Positions 13,401 through 26,395 of a stretch of 64,000 nt of DNA are shown here, piece after piece. The notes beneath the pieces were generated by a model. That model did not search any database and was not told where the DNA came from. It saw only the letters and a list, made by a program, of their open reading frames with translations. This DNA is from Adineta vaga (lineage: Eukaryota > Animalia > Rotifera). The position numbers and the translations under genes are program-made. The stretch's first letter is position 1. Each line of letters starts with the position of its first letter. The stretch spans positions 13,206,001-13,270,000 of the forward strand of contig CP075496.1 in assembly GCA_021613535.1 (NCBI GenBank), written 5' to 3'.

Positions 13401-16400
13401 ATTATTTTTTGTTTAGAATTTGAACGTGTTACTGGTTCAGTTGAAGTAATGATCTTTTGAAGAGAAAGCGAAAAAAACATTGTTTTGATTATTTATTTTA
13501 AAGGATCGTCTTATAGCAACAGTTATTGTTGAACCACAATACAGTCAACATACTGTTATGGTTGATAGACGTGGATTTATTCCTGATGTTCTCAATATTG
13601 CCGAAGTAATTTTTGTTTTAATTTCACATTTATTTCATAAAAATAGTCAATTTTTCAATGTAGAAAGAAACTGTTTCATGGATACTAGCAAATCCGGCAC
13701 AAAATGATCGAATCTATATTCGATCAGCTGATAATGATGATGATGAAATTGTTCAAGTAGAATTTAAAGAAAATCTTTGAATTTTCTTCAAAATTCGTTG
13801 TTGTCATTTTAGAATGAACTTGTCCATCGAGATATTACAAAATTTGTTCACAATGTTCATCATTTACATACATTTCATAAATCAGGAGAATATATTATTC
13901 GATCGAATCGTTTTCAAACTATCGCAAATGTATTTGTTTATTCAGAAGATATGATTAAAAGTCAAAGTAAATGAATTTCTCATGCAAAAAAAAGACTTTC
14001 ATGATTGATGATCTTCTTATTCTATTTCTAATAGAGAAACGTGTTCCACCACCTCAATTCAATGAAGATATTGATACACTTAGTTCAAAGGGTGCACGAG
14101 TACATTTGACTTGTCCCAATCGATATGCAAATATCTTTTATACACTTGATGGTAAAACTCCAACTCAACATAGTTCTAATGTTCATGTAAGAAAAGATGA
14201 AAAGAAAAAATCGACAGAATATAATTATTTGATTTTTAGACATATGATGATGATGAAGGAGTTATTTTGAATGAAGAAGGTTTACATGTTATACGTGCTT
14301 ATGCAACTGAAAAGCAGAAAGTATCAAGTTCAATTGTAACGAGCAGGTAAAAAGATTTCTATTAGATTTTCAATTGTTTAATTTTTGCGTATTTTCAGTC
14401 CAACATTTGTGATGGATAGTCGAGAACTTCCACAGGTCACTGTAAGTGTCATTGTACATAATCTAATGAATCGAAATATTCTCTCATTCTTGCAGCCAGA
14501 ACCGATTCCTCGTGAAGAAGAAGTTCTTCATGGAGTACAAAATACTCGTGCACCACCATCTTCATATCAAGTCATGCTTTCTCTCGCCTTGGAAAATCCA
14601 AATAAAGTGTACGGAAATATTGAAATTGAACCAGCAAGTTATATCGATAATATTGATTATTTTGAATTATATATCGATAATGTTCCACAAAGAGAACATA
14701 TTGCATCAGACGATCCTCATTTCTCAGCAAGTGGTTTTGCTGGTGGTGAACAATATCAAGTTTATGTAGTTGCTCATCCAAAAGCAAATGTTCCAGATAG
14801 AAAACAAATAACATCGAATAATCGAGTAAATCTTTCAATCATATTTTTTCAATTCATTAATTTTCTTTCATAGGCATTTGAAATTAAACGAGAAACGCAA
14901 GGAGGTGCACCATTAATTAGTTTAGGTGTATCGAAAGAACAAAATGAATTAGTACTTATGTGGGCACATATTAAAGATCCAGTCAGTGAATATAATGTTT
15001 ATGTTAATGGTACCAGAACGCATACAGTAAGTCGATTTGGTTTTGTTTGTTCTTATGAAAAACAAATTTGTATCTTGTGATTATTCAGTTACATAAGGAG
15101 AATTTTGATGAAGCTTATCGAATTCATTTTCAAGATGTCGAACAAGATCGAAAATATGCAATTTATGTTGAAGCAAAGATGCAGCGTATGTATAAGTTTT
15201 GAGAAAAGAAATTCATTTGTATTTTTCTTGATAAATGCATTTTAGGAAATAATGAAATTCGTAAATCAAATGTTATCTCAGTTACTTCACCATTACCGAT
15301 GACTGTAAATGAAACAATGATTAAGGAAAACTTTCCATATATAATAATTAAAAATGAACAAAAAGTAGATGATTCACACGCTGAAAGTAAGTTTAATACT
15401 TTATTTTATCATATAGGAAAATGCTTAAAACTTCTCGATATATTTTGATTAATAATCTAATTAAAAGATCAATACGAAAAGGGAAAACACATTCCTTTTG
15501 TTAATTTTGCTGAGTATTTTTAATAAGAGAATGTGAAGCGTTTTTTTTTAAATTTTTCCGATACTTCTTCGCTTGTATATATTTTCTTATCTATTACGTA
15601 CGCACATCGTTGAAGAGACTTGCAGGAATAGAGTAAAAGAAAAATAAACGCTATGACCGCTATTAAACAAACCTTTTTTTTTGTCCGTTTTCTAGAGGGT
15701 TCTGAACGGTTATCTTCTCCAAAATTATCTGTTCAAAAATCTCCTTCCTCTACTCTTTCTTCTTCTTCTTCTTCTTCTTCTACTCCTGCAGTCTCTTCGC
15801 AACGAAATATTGATTTTAATTCTATGGTTAACACAACAGTAAGCACGAGTGATGATCGACTTCAGAAGGGCGATCATATGACTAACAAAACGAAAATTCT
15901 TGAAAATGATCAACAATCATCATCATCATCATCATCATCATCTCAACTAATGATGATCTTTCAACAAAAATACGAAAGAAAAAGGTTAAACAACGAACAG
16001 AAGAAGATCTAGAATCATTATTACATGATGATTCAAAGCATCGAGCAAAACTTTTGCTTAAAAAATTAAGCGAAGCTATTGAAGATCGTTCCAAGCGATT
16101 CAATTATACGTATCCACACTCAGAAACATTATCATACAATCATTTGGAACATTTTTCTCAACAACAATCATCATCTGATCCATATACAGTTGAACTTCCA
16201 CCAAAGTCTCAACGTCGTTCATCTAACTACAACAAAACTGCTCGAGAACATGAACTCTAATGATACTTCATAATTCAACTTTCATTTCTTTTCTTCTAAA
16301 TTACTTTCAATCATCTTTATCTAAATCACTTTTGCATCTCGCTATCTGTTCATACACATACACACTAATAACAAAAAGAAACTGATATAAATACGAATTT

Positions 16401-19400
16401 AGTTTCAAAATATGTTTATTTTTATGCATGAATTCACTTTTCTTCTTAGACATCGAAACAGAAGTTTTACCAACACGACGAGAAGAATCAATCACACAGT
16501 CAGGACCTACAATTGTATGTAATTGATTTTCAGAACATGAAAAAAAAAAGTTTCACATGGCATTCTTTTCAGGTTGGTGATATTCGAAGTGCAGCACCAG
16601 CTGTATCATATAAAACTAATCCTAATGGTATTACTCTCTTTTGGAAGAAACCACCTTCAAGTGAAGATTCAGTGGCAAACTATCGAGTATGATTTTTAAT
16701 ATGAGTTCATTCAATTTTACTATGTGTGGAAATATTTAGGTCGTGGTTGATAAGAAACAATATGGAGATTTGATATCAGTAACATCTGATCCAAAAATAC
16801 AAGTAAATCTAACAAGAGGAAAACATGAATGTTATTTGGAAACTATACCAAAAGATGAAAATGAAGATACTTATACATCAGTTATACTCGTATGTTATTC
16901 ACAGATATATTCTTATTTCTAATAAATAGTTTCTTATGAAATAGAAAGTAGAGATTGAACATGGTAGTGAATCTGGAAAGGGTTCGAGTGAAAAAACTAA
17001 TGAGGTATGTTCTATAGTATATTTAGTTGTTTTGATGGATATCATGTTTCTTCCCTATCAAATTATAGAATGTAGTAGACGAGAATGACCTTCCGATACC
17101 AAAATTAAATGTTCAAGAAATCAATACGACATCAATTCGTACAAACTGGTATTTAGATCGACCAATACCTCCTGGTGTCTGTGTTGCTCTATACGAAGTT
17201 CATGTACGTGGTTCAGAATTTTCTGAAAATGTGACAAGTGATGAAAGGTAATTTATTTATTTTATTTTTTATGATTATCTTCAATAATATTGATATAGTT
17301 CAAAACATGGCAGTTATACTGAACATATCTGGAATTTATCCAAACCTCCACTTGAAATTCATGGTCTAATTGAACGATGTGAATATACGTAAGAAAATTC
17401 AATAGTTAGATCAGACATTGAACATATGTTATTCTTTCTTTATTCTAGAGTTTTTGTTCGAGCTTTATTGTTAGATGTTCAAGGAAAAAATAGTGAAAAA
17501 TATCTTAAAACAACATCCAATGAAGTTAAAACTAAAAAACTAGATCATATTATTGATTTGTTAACTAGACCCATATTACAAGTTACACGTCTTGGTATAC
17601 AGTCAGCGAATTTAGCATGGAAACTAGATCATTCTGTCGATCCATCATTAGTGAAAGGCTATCGTATTATTCTCAATTCTAGACCAACTGAAATGCTTCC
17701 CGCAAATGAACACGAATATGAATTACGTAATCTTAAATCAGGTGAATATCTTTTTTTTTAATAATCAAACAAAAAGAACGATCGTGATTTATTTCTTTAG
17801 GTTCAACAAATCGATGTTCAAGTATCGGTCACATCACATCCTGATTTTATTGATGAGAAAATTTCCGAACCAATACGTATCATATGTCCAAAGCGTCCTC
17901 AACCTCCAAAGATTCAAGCAGTGACAGCCGAAAAACCATTTTCTATTCGTATCAGATGGGAATCTGATCATCATGAACATGATGATATTACGTGTTATCG
18001 AACTTATCTTGATGGACAACTTCATGGACAAGTTGAAATTAATGGTCGAGAATCATTTAAATATGAATTTACTAAACTAGACGCTGATCAAGAATATACA
18101 ATTCATGTCAAATCTGTACTTGGACATAAAAGATTGGATGGAAATCGTTTTCAATGTGATATAGAATCGAAAAATTCCAATGAATTAGTATTACAATGTG
18201 CTGCACCACCAAGAGGAACACCACCACGAATTGAATTCATGCATCCAGGAGGAGTTGATATCGTTTGGGATGAAGCTGTTGAACATGGAGATGTGAAATT
18301 AACTGTATGTTCTATTTTCGTCTTGCCATTGAAAACATAGAAATCTACTATTTTTTTTTGTTGTTGAAAGGGATATCAAATATTAAAGGATGGTCGATCA
18401 ATTGGAAAGGCATTACCCGTCAACAAACGACGGACGTCTATTCATGAATTAGACGAAGGTAATCGATATGCAATACAAGTTGTACCAATAACAGATCAAC
18501 CAGGTGGAATTCTATTTCGAAAAGGAGAAGGTTCGTTGAATGAACTGATTTATAATATAATCATTTGAATTGATTTTATATAGAATATGATGCTGATCGT
18601 CATGGACATTATTTACCAAGTGGAAAACTTGATGTTTATTTTACAGATTTAATTAAACTTCCAGAAGATATTCAGATAACAAAGATAACAGGACATTCTG
18701 GAATACTTTGCTGGACATCAGGTGAGTTGATTGGTTGTTTTTTGATAAAATTCGTAAAACGATTGAATATTTTATTTTATTTAGTTGATGATTCAACTAG
18801 TTCAAATGCACAACCAGATAGTTACAAAATATCTGTATGGAACAATAAAGATTTAACACAAGATAAACCAATGGTTCTTTCTGTAACAAGTAAGATGATT
18901 TTCAATTACAGCAAAAGACCTTTTTTTAACAACATTCACGATCTAAACAATTACTTTTTATAAGAAAACCAAAATATACAAAATAAAATTAACTTCTTTT
19001 TTTTCAGAAGACAAAACTAGTGCAGAATTGAAAGATCTTGAATCAAATACAACATATGAAATTCAACTTGAAGCATCGAAAAAACGCCGTCATCCAACAA
19101 CGAATGGTATATTCTTTTCTTCTCTATTTGATTTAATAGAAATCAAAATGAATTGTCTATTCTTTTTAGATCTATATACTGTTTATTCAACTTCGGATAT
19201 CGTATCATTTACAACTGGTTCACCGCCTGATCCACCCTTAAATCTTCATTTAATCGCATGTACTAATACAGATGCTCGTATTGGTTTTGATCCATTTGTT
19301 GAACATGATGCAGAAATTAAAGCTCTACGCGTTCTATGTGAACCAGCTAGTTCGGGAACGAATGCAAAAGAAAATACATCAGAATTAATGCCAGATTCAA

Positions 19401-22348
19401 CCGAATTTATTTTAACGAATCTTACTGCATGTACTAATTATAATGTAACTCTTTTTGCTATTACTGACGAATACTTGATAGAAAATCGTTGTCGAGATGT
19501 GAAACAATTGCCGAAAAAATTAAAACCATCCGAATGGTTACCATATAAAAGTTTTCAATTTCAAACAAGTGGTTGTGAACCATCCGATCAAATTAAAGTG
19601 CTTCAAGCTAATATCGAATCGATTCAACTTGAATGGAATTTAGCGAAAGTTTATGGTTCAACAGAATGTCTTTATCATGTTCTTCGTTATCAATTAGAAC
19701 ATGGTGGTCAAGAACAGAAGTTAGATTTAGATCGAAATACTACCAAAGCAACAATACCTGGACCATTACCATCGGGTACATATAAAATCGCTTTGGATAC
19801 GATTTTCAGTGTAAAAGTTAATCTCGAAGATGAAACTGATGAAACAGGTCGAAAAGAAAGTCGTTTAACATCTCATGCATCAGCATCGGTACGTTTTCAT
19901 GCACCAGGAACATGTGAACAACCAGAAATTTATTTAACGGGTTATTCAATGAATACAATTGATTTAATGTGGAATAAACCAGGCATGTTTGATACAGTCG
20001 ATCATCCCGAAAGAAATAATGAACAATTGAAAATTCATCGACGATTACTTGGATATCGAATTGATGTCAATGGTCAAAAATATAATACATTAGATGAAAA
20101 TCAATGTCAATGTAAATTAACTTCATGTCGACCAGGTGAAGAATATAAAGTTCAACTAACAGCACAAACTATTGTTCAAAATGAAAATGAAACAAATATG
20201 GTAAAGAAATGAAGATAATCTTGTTTATATACATTATCAAATTTCTTTTATTTTGATAAAAAATAGATATCTGATGGAAAGGGAAAAGTTTATGAACCAG
20301 ATGAAACTCCATCAAAAATATTACGTGTTCGAACATTGAAAAGTCAAAGTAAGATGACGAAACCAAATATTTGTTATTGTTTCGTTTTTCTTTCTCTTCT
20401 CATTTAGCTCTTCTTCAATCATGTCAAGTTCATTTCGAATTTAATCATGATGATTTAATAAATGAATTCTCTAAACAAGAAAATGGGCCAACATCGTTAG
20501 GAAAACTTATTGTTGATTGGAAAGTATCAAGCACAAAAGATATTTCACATTTTGTTTTACAATGGCGATCATCAAAAGATTTACGTATTCAAGAAAAAAC
20601 AATTGCTTGTAATGAAACATCAGCCACCATTGGTATTTATCATCTTTTGCATACTTCAATAGAAAACTCTTCTTGTTTTTCTCTCTCTTTTAGAACCATG
20701 TGATGAAAAACATTTCTATGTTATTGATCTTATTATCGTTACAAATGATGGTAATCGACATCAATATGAACAATTAACTGTACCTATACCTGGTATACCA
20801 GATGCACCAAAAGTATGGCTTGTAAAAACAACTGATACTGGTTTTACTATAGAATGGTCAGAACCAAAATCCTATGGAATACAGATTATTGGTTACCAAA
20901 TATATATTGAAGGAAAAAAAAGTGGAGATGTTATTGAAACTAATTCACGTCAAGTAGATATACCTTCACGTATTAATCGTACTTATCAAATCAATATCTA
21001 TGCGATTACTAATAATTCTCAACGATCACATTCAGTTATGTCCCAAACATTGAATGTAATAACAACTCCAAAAACGAATCTTACTCCAGCAATCTATTAT
21101 AATAATGATGATGGAGGTCCGACTTCATTTGATCAAACTGTTGCACGTATCATTCCCGTACAAATTGATTCAGTTAATGAAGAAAAACTTCATATAGATT
21201 GGACATCATTTTTACATACACCAGCAATACGTGCTTATTATATACATTATACTTGTTTGAATAATGGTGAAGTACAAGCAATGAAAATTTCCAAACGATA
21301 TCGTCATGCTGTAAGTAACAATTTTTGACATGAAATTCAAGAGAAAGAAGATATGAATTTTTTTCAAAAGGTTCTACGCGGTTTACGGCCAGGTTTTACT
21401 TATGGAATTATGGTTATGGCTGTTGATAAAAATGGTGCAGTTCTATATACATCGGATAAGAGTACAGTTCAAATGAATGCACCACCCAATGCACCCATTG
21501 TAGCGATAAGGTAATTCTTAATCACAAAAACGAACTCTTCTTTCGGTTTACTATACTCTTCTCTTTTAGTGAACGTACATATACTCATGTTAAACTTGAA
21601 TGGCGTCCAGCAGCAAGTTATGGTGAAATTGCTGTTGTTGGCTACAAAATTTTTGTTAATAATCGTTTAGCAGCCATTCTTTCACATGATCAATTAACAT
21701 ATACATTAACAAATGGTACACCATGTGATATGTACACCGTTCATGTTCAAGCACTGAGTAATGAAAAAACTGTTGTCAGTCCAATGTCACGTGCTGTACA
21801 ATTTGTATGGCCCGGCGTTCGACCAGGTGCTTTCAAACGCATAGATGATGGACAAACAGGAGCTATCGTTGTCGCTTGGGAACATCCAAAATTAGAAGAT
21901 GAAACGGAAAAAATAATAGGATATAGAGTATGAAGATATGATCATCAAAAAGCAAATATAACTGAATGAATTTTTTAATGTTTTTTTTAGTTATATTCAG
22001 AAAATGTTGTAAATCATGCTGTTCGATTACATGGTGAATATGATGCTAACACTACTCGAGCTACCATTAATGGTTTAAATAATGGAAAACATATTATTTG
22101 GCTTGAAATTCAAAGTGAAAATCATTGTATTCGATCTCGACCTATTATTGTTCAATCTGGTCGATTTCCTACATTATCTAATCGTCAATCGCTGGTAGAA
22201 TCTTCCAAATGTTATAATAAAAAACTCAGACGGTAAATTGAAATCATTTACAGATAGAAATCAATGAACATGTATTTATTTATGTAGATTTCAATCGCCG
22301 GCAACAAATAAATCGGGAAATTCATTTCGACATACTCAACTTGCATAA
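10435..22348 (+). CDS. Giant multi-exon intracellular protein: N-terminal MGCGAS acylation motif, beta-rich (cupredoxin-like) repeats, an Fn3-associated (YTLDGKTP) domain and many fibronectin type III repeats
   Basis: ATG at 10435 reads MGCGASVAK; IFYTLDGKTP at about 14130; repeated FN3 motifs (W.......GYRI, L.SNTTYEIQLEA, GLRPGFTYGIMVMAV, IEWSEPKSYGIQIIGYQIYI); dozens of short GT-AG introns; stop TAA at 22346-22348. Not every junction was verified. Confidence 0.75.
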
Positions 22349-23162
22349 GATTATTAATGAAAACGATCAATTCATGTGATATTTTATTGATAAAACTTGT
22401 TTTCTTCCGCCTAATCATCTGATCATATGATCATAGTGATTCTTTTCTTTTCAAAATAAATGTATTTCAATAAAAATCCAATTTAAATCATTTATTCTAC
22501 GATGATCTTTCTTCCAAAACATTTCATTCATATTTCAAATACGTTTATTCTTTTAATTTATATCTTGTATCTTTGTTTGTTCTTGTATGTCTGAGTGGTC
22601 ATAGGCTTTCTTCTTCTTGTATTAACAATTCTAATAAAAAACAAATTGCACCCTATTTTCATTCTAATTCTACAGAAATGATAGAATCATAAATGTGAAG
22701 TATTTTATTTGTTAATATTTATCAGGTAACTCGGATGGTTTGTTCGACAATGTTAATATTGTTTTCTCATGCAAGATTATTACCAAAGTTCAGGTACCCA
22801 TACCAGAGACGTATACGAGTATAGTTTTTCTTTCTCTTTCTTGCCATTGAGATCATCGCTGTAGAAAAACATCGTTCTGCCATTTATATTTCTTTTTCGC
22901 TTGTTTCTTTTTTTCCTCTCTTCGATTTTGTTTGTTCTTTGCGTCTGTTTTGTCTGTTGATCATATATTCCATACATAGTTACCCGCAAGACGAGCCTTT
23001 ATTTCTCCAATAATAAACATTTGTCATCTGCGGATATAGAACAACTAGCGACAATTAAAGAACATTTCCAATTCCATCCAATGTGAGTTGCGAAGTTATA
23101 TACCATTTTTCTTGATTGTGTTTTTCTCTTGTTCTTGTTGTGCTTTTCTAGAAAACAAAGAC

Positions 23163-24288
23163 ATGTCTCAACGTAAAATTCTTTTCTTTGATTCAAAATT
23201 ATATGATGAGAAAACATTTAAAGAAGCTTTAAAATCATTAAATGGTCAAGATAAACTTCGGTTTACATTTCTTGAAAGTAAATTAACTGAAGAAACCATG
23301 ACAGAAGCGCAAGGTTACGATGGCATATGTATTGTCAATAGTGATGCTCGAAATTCGAATGTTATGGATAAAATTCATAAAAGTTGTGATACAGTAAAAA
23401 TCATTGCCTTAAGAAGTGCTGGTCATAGTGGTTCATCAGTAGAAATCGCTAGAAAATATGGTCTTCATGTTTGTCAAGTACCAAGTTATTCACCTCATGC
23501 TGTTGCTGAACATTCAGTTGCACTTTTATTATCACTAAATCGAAATATGCATCGAGCATATTTTCGAACAAAATTACATAATTTTAGTTTGGATGGTTTA
23601 GTTGGTATTGATGTGTTTGGTAAAACAGTTGGAATTATTGGAACAGGTGGTGTTGGAATGTGTGCAGTAAAGATTTTTCGAGGTTTTGGTTGTAAAGTTT
23701 TAGCTTATGATGTTAAACCTGATGAAAATGCAGCGAAAGAAAAAGGTTTTGTCTATACAACAATGGATGAATTACTTCAACAAAGTGATATAGGTAAAAG
23801 AATATCGACCAAGTTCGTGTTCAATAAAATCCTGTTTTTGTTTTCTTTCGTTTAGTTTCACTGTATGCACCATTGAATGACTCAACTTATCATTTGATTA
23901 ATAAAGAAGCTTTAGACAAGATGAAACCAGGTGCCATGTTAATCAATACAAGCCGTGGTCCATTAATTGATGCCAAAGCTCTTGTAGAATGTTTAAAAAC
24001 CGGCAAATTACGTGGAGCAGCTCTAGATGTTTACGAATTTGAAGAAAAATATTTTTATAATGATTATAGTCAACAAGTATGTTCAGGATATTTTCTATGA
24101 CAATTCGTTTTATTTTCTTCTCTTTCTAGGTAATGGAAGATGATACATTGGCACGTTTAATTTCAATGCCAAATACAATCGTTACATCTCATCAAGCTTT
24201 TCTTACAGAAGAAGCTTTGAAAACAATCGCAGAATCAATTGTTAAAAGTTTACTGAGTTTCTTTGATGAAGCAGAAACTAAAGCGTAA
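23163..24288 (+). CDS. ldhA: D-lactate dehydrogenase / D-2-hydroxyacid dehydrogenase, LdhA-like, copy 1 (divergent); exons 23163-23793, 23856-24076, 24130-24288
   Basis: VPSYSPHAVAEH, GIIGTGGVG Rossmann motif, INTSRG, LDVYEFEE, TSHQAFLT (catalytic Arg/Glu/His). Confidence 0.88.
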
Positions 24289-25247
24289 TTCAATGACATT
24301 CTTTCGAAAAACAAGTTTACAACGATCATATAATATTATTCAACTGTTAGGCTGACAAAAAAACCCTATCTTTTTATCCTTTCGTGTAAATACCTGTTTA
24401 ATTTATGTTCCTAGTTAAAGCCTTACTAACAATGAATTCGTAATTATTTATCAACCCAGAAATAATAGAAGCTCTAATTTGAAGGATTGAATTTCAAACA
24501 AAATGAGTAATAATTGAAAGGATTGTTGAATTTCTATCATCTTCATCAGAGATCAATATTCGGAAAGATATCAGTTCAAAAAATTTCCGCTAGCAGAAAA
24601 AAAGAACTTATTCATATAATATTTCAATAGCAAATCAAAATGAAGACACCAATGATAGTGCAAAACAACTGTTAATAACAACCAAGATAACAAAGCAATT
24701 ACTAATGATGAAAATCTATTTTTGATTTTCAATTTAATCTTTCATGATACATCATATTCTCCTGATAAATTGTCATGTTCAGAAATATTTATATAACTTT
24801 TAATCATTATTCAAATAATTTCCACTGGAAACGAAAACATTACCGTTGTTTAAGATTCTATCTATTAATAACAAAAGTATAGAAATATAGATAATCGCTA
24901 TCTCTGTCTCGCTCTCTCTATTAGAATCATTAAAGCTATGAAAGACATCGTTTTATTATTTTGCTTGTCAAGTACTTTTCTTTTCTCGTTCTTCTCCAGA
25001 ACAATCTTTTTCACTATTCTGTCCCTGATGTTTCTGTACATGGCGGCAACATTTTCATCGTCGTCTCCGTCTATTTCTTCCATCATGTTGTTTGTTGCCA
25101 CAACTAGACTATATTTTCTCCAATAGAAAAACGAGATGAAGAAATGATTGTTAAGTACTGACGTATAAGCATTGGGAATAAGAAACAATCCGTTTTTGAA
25201 TGATTCATTTTCAAATAGTTTTTTTTCTTAATTTTTAGATTAAACAA

Positions 25248-26395
25248 ATGACACATAGAAAAGTAATTGTCTTCGATTCGAAATCATACGATGAAAAAAC
25301 TTTCAAAGCTGCACTAAAACATCTAAATGGTCAAGATAAAATTCATTTTACATTTCTTGAAAGTAAATTAACTGAAGAAACGGTTGATGAAGCTCATGGT
25401 TATGATGCCATTTGTGTTTTTGTCAACGATGTTGTTAATGAAAATGTTATCGAACAATTACATAAAACATGTGATACAGTAAAAATCATTGCCTTACGAA
25501 GTGCTGGATTCAATAATGTTCATTTAGAAACAGCAGAAAAATATGAAATTAAGGTATGTCGTGTACCACGTTATTCACCATATGCAGTTGCTGAACATTC
25601 AGTTGCACTTTTATTATCACTAAATCGAAATATGCATCATGCTTTCTTTCGTACGAAACAACATAATTTCAGTTTGGATGGCTTAGTCGGTATTGATCTG
25701 TTTGGTAAAACAGTTGGAATTATTGGAACAGGCGGCATTGGAATATGTGCAATTAATATATTTTTGGGTTTTGGTTGTAGAGTTTTAGCTTATGATATTT
25801 ATCCAAATGAAAATGCAGCGAAAGAAAAAGGTTTTGTCTATACAACAATGGATGAATTACTTCAACAAAGTGATGTTGGTATGAGAAAAAATAAATTAAT
25901 TCGTATAGAAATTGTTATTATTTTTTCTTCAGTTTCAATCTATGCACCATTACTTGATTCCACGTATCATTTGATTAATAAAGAAGCTTTAGACAAGATG
26001 AAACATGGTGCCATGTTAATCAATACAAGTCGTGGTGGTCTAGTAGATTCGAAAGCGCTGGTAGAATGTTTAAAATCAGGCAAACTTCGAGGAGCTGCCT
26101 TGGATGTCTACGAAAATGAAAAACAATATTTTTTCAATGATTACAGTCAACAAGTATGTTCAGGATCTTTTCTATGGCAATTCATTTTATTTTCTTCTCT
26201 TTCTAGGTAATGGAAGATGATACATTGGCACGTTTAATTTCAATGCCAAATACAATCGTTACATCTCATCAAGCTTTTCTTACGGAAGAAGCTTTGAGAA
26301 ATATTGCTGAAGCAACTGTACAAAGTTTAATAGATTTCTTTGATGGTAAACCATTGAATGAAAATAATGAAGTGAAAGCACCACCAAAAAAATAG
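25248..26395 (+). CDS. ldhA: D-lactate dehydrogenase, LdhA-like, copy 2 (canonical motifs); exons 25248-25878, 25933-26153, 26207-26395
   Basis: ICVFVND, LRSAGFNNV, VPRYSPYAVAEH, NFSLDGLVG, INTSRGGLVD, LDVYENE, TSHQAFLTEEAL closely follow fermentative LdhA motifs. Confidence 0.92.
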
